IMG/VR virus record: IMGVR_UViG_3300020044_008732 | Span: 1 to 43,619 of that record | From: a virus | Taxonomy: Duplodnaviria; Caudoviricetes | DNA: 43,619 bases | Strand: one strand, 5' to 3' | Shown here: in pieces, positions 39,168 to 43,619 of the stretch | Layout: the number at the start of each line of letters is the position of its first letter | Position numbering within the stretch: the first letter of the stretch is position 1 | Notes under the pieces: model-generated | Seen by the model: only the letters and a program-made list of their open reading frames with translations | Database searches by the model: none | Told to the model about the DNA's origin: nothing | Made by a program: the position numbers and the translations under genes

Positions 39168-39328
39168 TTTATCTCCTCTTGGTTGGTTTGTTCTGCGATA
39201 AACACTTCAAGCGCCGCTCGCATCTTGGCGAGGTAGTACGGCTTCCAATCGTGCTGTATTTTGTCCCGTCGGGTTGTTAGCGGTGTGCTTCCCTTGCCGA
39301 CATTTCGCGCAACGGTATTTTCTCTCAT
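39164..39328 (-). CDS. Small hypothetical protein (54 aa, MRENTVAR...WKPYYLAKMRAALE)
   Basis: Stop coupled to the next start; helical pattern seen in phage hypotheticals; overlaps 39207-39539. Confidence 0.45.
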   Translation of the reverse strand: MRENTVARNVGKGSTPLTTRRDKIQHDWKPYYLAKMRAALEVFIAEQTNQEEIK

Positions 39329-39539
39329 CCGGCAGAAACGACATCGGCTTATTGCAACAGACTGGCCACGGCTTCGGGGTGTCGAACGCGGTGATGATAC
39401 GACGTTCCCCGCGTCGTGGCCGTCGTATCCGCATGTCGCGTGAATACTTCCGCCAACCTGGGCCACGGTATAACGCGAATGCACGTCTCCAGGTGGCGCG
39501 TTCGATAGCTTTCAAGTAATATCGGTGGGGAAATATCAT
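39207..39539 (-). CDS. Basic protein with zinc ribbon
   Basis: PVCCNKPM...YRCAKC; starts 1 nt after the upstream stop. Confidence 0.55.
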   Translation of the reverse strand: MIFPHRYYLKAIERATWRRAFALYRGPGWRKYSRDMRIRRPRRGERRIITAFDTPKPWPVCCNKPMSFLPDERKYRCAKCRQGKHTANNPTGQNTARLEAVLPRQDASGA

Positions 39540-39540
39540 A

Positions 39541-39660
39541 TCACTCTTTTTTCTTCGGCTTGTAGGCTTTCACTTCCGCGACCACCTTGGCGAACCGTTC
39601 TGCGCGGCGCTGTCGCCACTTCGCGGACATGTCATCAAGACGTTCACGTGTCAATGTCAT
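39541..39660 (-). CDS. Small basic protein (39 aa, MTLTRERLDD...)
   Basis: Not in ORF track; ATGA overlap with the upstream gene. Confidence 0.55.
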   Translation of the reverse strand: MTLTRERLDDMSAKWRQRRAERFAKVVAEVKAYKPKKKE

Positions 39661-39929
39661 AACGTTGCCTTTAGACTCGCGATCACACGTTGCAGTGCAA
39701 TCTCGTTGTGTAAGCCGTGTTCCTCGCGCACGCGTTCCAAGATGGCGACCATCTTGCGTCGGTTCATTGCGCGTGGTTCGGTGTTCCGCCTCGGGTATTT
39801 GTCGGGGTACGTCCGACGCAGGTTGGCGACCATCGCGCTGACTTGGCTGGGGGCAATTCCGAGTTCCACGCCTATTTCTGCGCTCGTTTTACCGGCAAGC
39901 CATAGTTGAGAGAGTAGGGAGGTGTTCAT
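39657..39929 (-). CDS. GcrA-like N-terminal HTH protein (90 aa)
   Basis: LSQLWLAGKTSAEIGVELGIAPSQVSAMVANLR; TGATG overlap start at 39929. Confidence 0.6.
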   Translation of the reverse strand: MNTSLLSQLWLAGKTSAEIGVELGIAPSQVSAMVANLRRTYPDKYPRRNTEPRAMNRRKMVAILERVREEHGLHNEIALQRVIASLKATL

Positions 39930-40390
39930 CAGTCCACCACACGGCGCATCGTTGCGCGGTCGAGTTGATACGTGACGAGGTAGATACCCGCGGGGAACTG
40001 ATGGTGTGCATGTGTTGGGTGCGGGTTCAACCAAGCCTGTTCTGCGACTACGATAGGGCCGATACATTGTTTTCGCGCCTCTGCTTCGTCTTGGAAGAAA
40101 CCGGGGAATATCTTGAGAACTTCGGCGGCGGCTTCGTCAGTGTCGCGGGGCCAGAACACGCGGACTTTACCTTCTGCGGTGTGATGGCTACCGACACCTT
40201 GCCCGATAGCGATCTGGCGGGAGTTGTCCGTGTTCTCCACATCCCAGCAGTCGGGTTTGGAGGCGACGGGGTGGACGTAGATGTCTCCCTGGTGCCCATG
40301 CTGGCCTTGCGTGTGTTTGCGTAGCTCTTGGCCTTGGCCACAGCCTGCGGCTTCGAGTTGTTGGGTGAGTTGGGTGATAGTGAGTGTCAT
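39929..40390 (-). CDS. His-rich partner protein of DUF6745-type genes
   Basis: HQGDIY, IAIGQGVGSHH, HPTH...PAGIYLVTYQ...RRVVD. Confidence 0.7.
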   Translation of the reverse strand: MTLTITQLTQQLEAAGCGQGQELRKHTQGQHGHQGDIYVHPVASKPDCWDVENTDNSRQIAIGQGVGSHHTAEGKVRVFWPRDTDEAAAEVLKIFPGFFQDEAEARKQCIGPIVVAEQAWLNPHPTHAHHQFPAGIYLVTYQLDRATMRRVVD

Positions 40391-40410
40391 GGGTAGTTCC
40401 TTGGTGTTGG

Positions 40411-41535
40411 TTATGACTGGTGCGCAATGAGGGTTTCTTTGAATCCACAGATGTCTTCGTGCGCTTCCGTGCAGGTCCGGCAGGTGAGGGATACTGGCAT
40501 CGCGTAGATGCGGCCAGTGCTATTGTCGCTCCCGTAGAGGTAGCGGTTGCCGTCTCGGTCCTCGAACAGGCCGCGAGGGAGGCTGTGCCACACGTCAGCG
40601 TGGAGTAGTTTGGCTTTCGTTTCGCTGAGGTACTTAGCTCGCCCGAAGCGGTCGATCATAATGCGTCGGACTTCTGCGTTGTTTTCTTTCTTGATTTCTT
40701 CTACCGTGATCTTTTCGGGTGTCAACACTACCCAACTAGGCACGACCTGCCCGTGGATGTGCCACAGTTCCCAGCCGTCGCGCCAGCGGTGAGAGGGGCC
40801 GTCGTCGCAATGGGGACGGTTCTGCGAGTCGGTGCGGATAAACTCCGGGTTGTCTGATACCACACAGAACTTTTCGTGCATACACCGGAACCCCGCGTCT
40901 GCGGCGTCTTCCCAGTGTTTGAGTGCCGCGTGTTCGGGTAGGTCTAACCATCCTAGGTCGCGGTAGGCGGTGAGGTAGCCGAGCCAAGCGGCCCACATTC
41001 GTCCACCTTGGTAGGCGTTGGTCCATTTACTCGCGCAACCTAAAGCGGCTAGCATCGATATGCCCGTGTCTTGGCAGAACATCGAAATACCTGCCGTGTG
41101 GGGGGTCGCAGCATCGGTCGCAGCATCGGTCGCAGCATCGGTCGCAGCACGGGTCGCATCATCGGTCGCAACGTAGGTCGCATCATCGGTCGCAGCATAG
41201 GTCGCAGCACGGGTCGCATCATCGGTCGCAGCACTGGTCGCAACGTAGGTCGCAGCACTGGTCGCATCATCGGTCGCAGCATCGGTAGACGTACCCTTGT
41301 TGACGTGCCACCACCAAGCAGCCGCACCGTAAACTAAGGCCATTTGCAACGGACTCTGGACGACCACAACGCGAGGGGCGGCAAGTTTCGCTGCCGCATA
41401 CATCCCGAGGATGCCACGGGTCACTTTCTCGCGGTCGCACGGCTCGCAGCCGTAGGCGTGTTTTATCCACTTGGCGGTATGTGCTGCGAGTTGTTTGTGA
41501 ACTTCTGGTGTGAAGTCGATGTGCAGTTTTTTCAT
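40411..41535 (-). CDS. DUF6745-like protein with central tetrapeptide repeat (374 aa)
   Basis: VVSDNP...DSQNRPHCDDGPSHRWRDGWELWHIHG..VP, ENNAEVRRIMI, STGRIY; start at ATG 41535. Confidence 0.75.
   Translation of the reverse strand: MKKLHIDFTPEVHKQLAAHTAKWIKHAYGCEPCDREKVTRGILGMYAAAKLAAPRVVVVQSPLQMALVYGAAAWWWHVNKGTSTDAATDDATSAATYVATSAATDDATRAATYAATDDATYVATDDATRAATDAATDAATDAATPHTAGISMFCQDTGISMLAALGCASKWTNAYQGGRMWAAWLGYLTAYRDLGWLDLPEHAALKHWEDAADAGFRCMHEKFCVVSDNPEFIRTDSQNRPHCDDGPSHRWRDGWELWHIHGQVVPSWVVLTPEKITVEEIKKENNAEVRRIMIDRFGRAKYLSETKAKLLHADVWHSLPRGLFEDRDGNRYLYGSDNSTGRIYAMPVSLTCRTCTEAHEDICGFKETLIAHQS
41104..41283. repeat. 12-bp tandem repeat x15 (GGTCGCA plus 5 variable nt)
   Basis: Encodes xxAT tetrapeptides on the minus strand. 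Confidence 0.95.
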
Positions 41536-41651
41536 GGTGTGGTCTTTCCTAAGAGGCGGTCGAGTTCTTCGTGTGTAGGTTCCCGCCCTAACTTCTTGGC
41601 TAGGACGTTGTAGATCGTGTTTGTCCATGTGGTGTTGACGGTAACGGTCAT
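41532..41651 (-). CDS. 39-aa peptide with sigma70 region-3-like motif
   Basis: MTVTVNTTWTNTIYNVLAKKLGREPTHEELDRLLGKTTP; ATGA overlaps at both ends; not in ORF track. Confidence 0.6.
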   Translation of the reverse strand: MTVTVNTTWTNTIYNVLAKKLGREPTHEELDRLLGKTTP

Positions 41652-41740
41652 GGCTTGATTCCGTGTTTAGCGGCGAGGCGTAGGAGCATCATGGCGCAAT
41701 GGTTGAACCATTTGCCGTTGCCTAGAGGTATTCGTTTCAT
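41648..41740 (-). CDS. 30-aa peptide (MKRIPLGNGKWFNHCAMMLLRLAAKHGIKP)
   Basis: First ORF after promoter 41776-41804; leader identical to that of 41814-42143. Confidence 0.55.
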   Translation of the reverse strand: MKRIPLGNGKWFNHCAMMLLRLAAKHGIKP

Positions 41741-41775
41741 GGTGTTTGTCTTTCTTCGTTGATTGTCGAGTAGTG

Positions 41776-41804
41776 AGTGTACTGTACTAGCGGTCACTTG
41801 TCAA
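41776..41804 (-). promoter_or_regulatory. Sigma70 promoter (early)
   Basis: TTGACA, 17 nt, TACACT. Confidence 0.8.
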
Positions 41805-41813
41805 GGGGCGAGT

Positions 41814-42143
41814 TCAATGGTGGATCTTGTAAGTGAGAGATAAACATCCCGTCTCTATCTTGAATGCGTTGGTGAATAGTGGCGCATGCACACCTTCCCC
41901 GTCATACGCCTCTATCGTGGTCAGTTCGTGCGCCTTCGGCCAAGACATGTAGGACCACGTCGCGGCATTGTCGGGGTTGCCTAACGCAAAGTCCTTGCTT
42001 CCTGCATGGACTACTTGGCGCGGGATGCCGAGGAACTTGTGGTTTGCCGGTTCCCCGCGCACTTTGTACGTCACGAGCCCCAAGGTCGGTTTCGTTGACA
42101 GAAACCGCTTGAGACTTGCGAGGGAGTTTAGACGGGGCTTCAT
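41814..42143 (-). CDS. Hypothetical protein
   Basis: 109 aa, conserved leader AAGAAAGACAAACACC. Confidence 0.7.
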   Translation of the reverse strand: MKPRLNSLASLKRFLSTKPTLGLVTYKVRGEPANHKFLGIPRQVVHAGSKDFALGNPDNAATWSYMSWPKAHELTTIEAYDGEGVHAPLFTNAFKIETGCLSLTYKIHH

Positions 42144-42185
42144 GGTGTTTGTCTTTCTTGGTGGAGTGTTGGGTAGGTAGGTAGT

Positions 42186-42665
42186 TTAGCGGTTACAGGA
42201 GAGGAAAAGGGCCGCGCAATAGCTCGACCGTTTTGGTGTTTGGCGATGCCATCGACTGTCCAGACACTCTTGTGCCGCTTTCGCCCAATTCTTTTTGGTT
42301 ATCGCCTGCTTCAGATTTACGAAGCGCGATAGGCCAGTCTCGCCTAATTGGTAGGCCATATGTAGGAGCGCATCTTGTGCGTTAGGTGGCAAGGTGTCGT
42401 AGATTGGATCGTACACTTTGCGTGCGGAGTCTCGGGCTTTGGCGGTATCGAATAGGAGGAGTTTTGATGCACCTTCGTGGGTGATGTGGGGGATAGACTC
42501 CCCTGGACCTAATTTGTGCCCGTAGCCGACCGTAAGGTGCCCTGCCGGGCATGTGTATTGAACGAGGCTTAGCCCTTCATGGTGTTTTAGGACTTCCGCA
42601 CAACGTGTTAGTTGCGGGTCTGGTTGGGTTGCGGATAGGAGGAGGAGGGGGAGAATGCTGATCAT
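42186..42665 (-). CDS. GH24 (T4-type) lysozyme/endolysin with N-terminal hydrophobic signal
   Basis: HEGLSLVQYTCPAGHLTVGYGH, ALLHMAYQLG, SRWHRQTPKR; start MISILPLLLLSA at 42665. Confidence 0.9.
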   Translation of the reverse strand: MISILPLLLLSATQPDPQLTRCAEVLKHHEGLSLVQYTCPAGHLTVGYGHKLGPGESIPHITHEGASKLLLFDTAKARDSARKVYDPIYDTLPPNAQDALLHMAYQLGETGLSRFVNLKQAITKKNWAKAAQECLDSRWHRQTPKRSSYCAALFLSCNR

Positions 42666-42693
42666 TTCTTGCCCTTTGCCGCATTGGCCTTCA

Positions 42694-42780
42694 TTATTTC
42701 GATGCACTGTTTTTCTTGGCGCGGCGGTTCATGTTGCGCTGTAAGCGGCGTTCTTCTTTTTCGTAGGACGAAAGTTTCAT
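42694..42780 (-). CDS. 28-aa basic peptide (MKLSSYEKEERRLQRNMNRRAKKNSASK)
   Basis: SD AAGGGG, ATGA overlap with the upstream micro-ORF. Confidence 0.45.
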   Translation of the reverse strand: MKLSSYEKEERRLQRNMNRRAKKNSASK

Positions 42781-42845
42781 TTGTTCCCCTTCGCTTTTAT
42801 TTTAGCGAGTAGCGCGGTCGAGGTGGTGAAGATGTGGAGCCGCAT
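42777..42845 (-). CDS. 22-aa peptide (MRLHIFTTSTALLAKIKAKGNK)
   Basis: First ORF after promoter 42874-42902, SD AAGGGA. Confidence 0.4.
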   Translation of the reverse strand: MRLHIFTTSTALLAKIKAKGNK

Positions 42846-42873
42846 AGTGGCGTGTCCCTTGGTTGATGTGTGT

Positions 42874-42902
42874 ATCCTACCACACTACACCACGTTTGTC
42901 AA
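42874..42902 (-). promoter_or_regulatory. Strong sigma70 promoter at the head of the minus-strand arm
   Basis: TTGACA, 17 nt, TAGGAT with extended -10 TG. Confidence 0.8.
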
Positions 42903-43056
42903 CGGTCTGGGGACAATCAAGGGCGCGTGTGTGACACCAGTGCCGGTTTATAGTGGAAACAGGGTTCAAACGGACACTTTTTAGGGTCCGTTTGTCGGTG
43001 TCTCGGTTATAAGTGCTTGTCAGAACGGGGGTTGTGGCGGAAAGTCGAGGCGCCAT

Positions 43057-43165
43057 AATCAACTCTACATATGGTCCATGGTAATATATATACGTATATA
43101 TACCCCCTTACTATCAGATACTTATTTTTTCAATAGAAGTCCATAGACCATATATAGAGTAGATT
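43057..43165. other. AT-rich element bounded by 25-bp inverted repeats, candidate replication origin
   Basis: Arms 43057-43081 and 43141-43165 (22/25 match); 18-bp palindrome TATATATACGTATATATA at 43085-43102. Confidence 0.55.
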
Positions 43166-43253
43166 CTGTGGGGGTAGGGCGGGCCGAGGCAGAGCCACAA
43201 GCCAATGCCGCAACAGGGGTTTACGGCTTGGTGCATCGATTGGAACAATCGCT

Positions 43254-43310
43254 GGTGACAATTCGTGTCATAGGGTCTGTTTTGACCCTATGCGGTGACA
43301 ATTTGTGTCA
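43254..43310. promoter_or_regulatory. Paired palindromic boxes flanking a hairpin
   Basis: GGTGACAATT(C/T)GTGTCA at 43254-43270 and 43294-43310; CATAGGGTC / GACCCTATG between them. Confidence 0.55.
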
Positions 43311-43498
43311 CGCCGGGCCTACCCGCCCCGCCGTTGCACGCCCCACCTCTCTGGCTCTAGCCGTGTGTCAAACAACACCTCTTTTTCTCCTCGCAGGGCT
43401 ACTAGAGTGGGCAGGGGTGACGCACCGGCGCGCCAGAATAGTGGCTAGGATCGCCTGCAATTTAGTGTTCATATGGGCCTATCCCCTCTATATCGGCG

Positions 43499-43619
43499 GC
43501 GTGGCTGCGGCGCGTGCGCGTTTTAGGTGTAGAGCGGATCAATCCGAATATCCGAGTTCTCCTAGTAGGGCGCAGAGGGGTAGGGCGCAGAGGGGTGCCG
43601 ACGCAGGCGGCCGCTAGTA
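43499..43619. repeat. Terminal direct repeat copy 2
   Basis: Identical to 1-121. Confidence 0.95.

Noticed and set aside
41104-41283. CRISPR array or DGR variable region; alternative ORFs 41049-41327 and 41071-41337
   Set aside because: 12-bp coding tandem repeat with no spacers, no reverse transcriptase and no template repeat; other frames are open only because the unit lacks stops
43499-43619. 121-bp terminal repeat as a biological DTR
   Set aside because: An exact odd-length overlap is typical of assembler k-mer circularisation; it cannot be called a physical terminus without reads
1-43619. Temperate lifestyle, tRNA genes or alternative genetic code
   Set aside because: No integrase, clear repressor or cloverleaf seen; genes tile densely under the standard code; PolA Leu762 alone is insufficient evidence

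Overview
Apparently complete, circularly assembled dsDNA tailed-phage genome. Bases 43499-43619 repeat bases 1-121, giving a unit length of about 43,498 bp. It is podovirus-like: no tape measure, tube or sheath gene, but head-tail adaptor, nozzle and several internal/ejection proteins. The + strand arm (410-27762) carries terS, terL, decoration/fibre and holin/spanin-like genes, portal, scaffold, major capsid, tail and ejection genes. The - strand arm (27746-42845) carries an endolysin, many small early genes, a DUF6745-type gene pair, an SF3-like helicase, a family A DNA polymerase, an SF2 helicase, a Cas4-like exonuclease and a RuvC-like protein. A structured non-coding control region spans the contig join. 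No integrase, tRNA or CRISPR array was recognised. The most striking feature is in terL: a 308-aa intein sits just before Walker B, and its homing endonuclease is not fused in frame. Instead a complete zinc-finger HNH endonuclease gene, with its own Shine-Dalgarno, start and stop, is nested in the +1 frame inside the intein, while the terminase/intein frame stays open across it. All protein calls come from motif recognition by eye; no database search was run.
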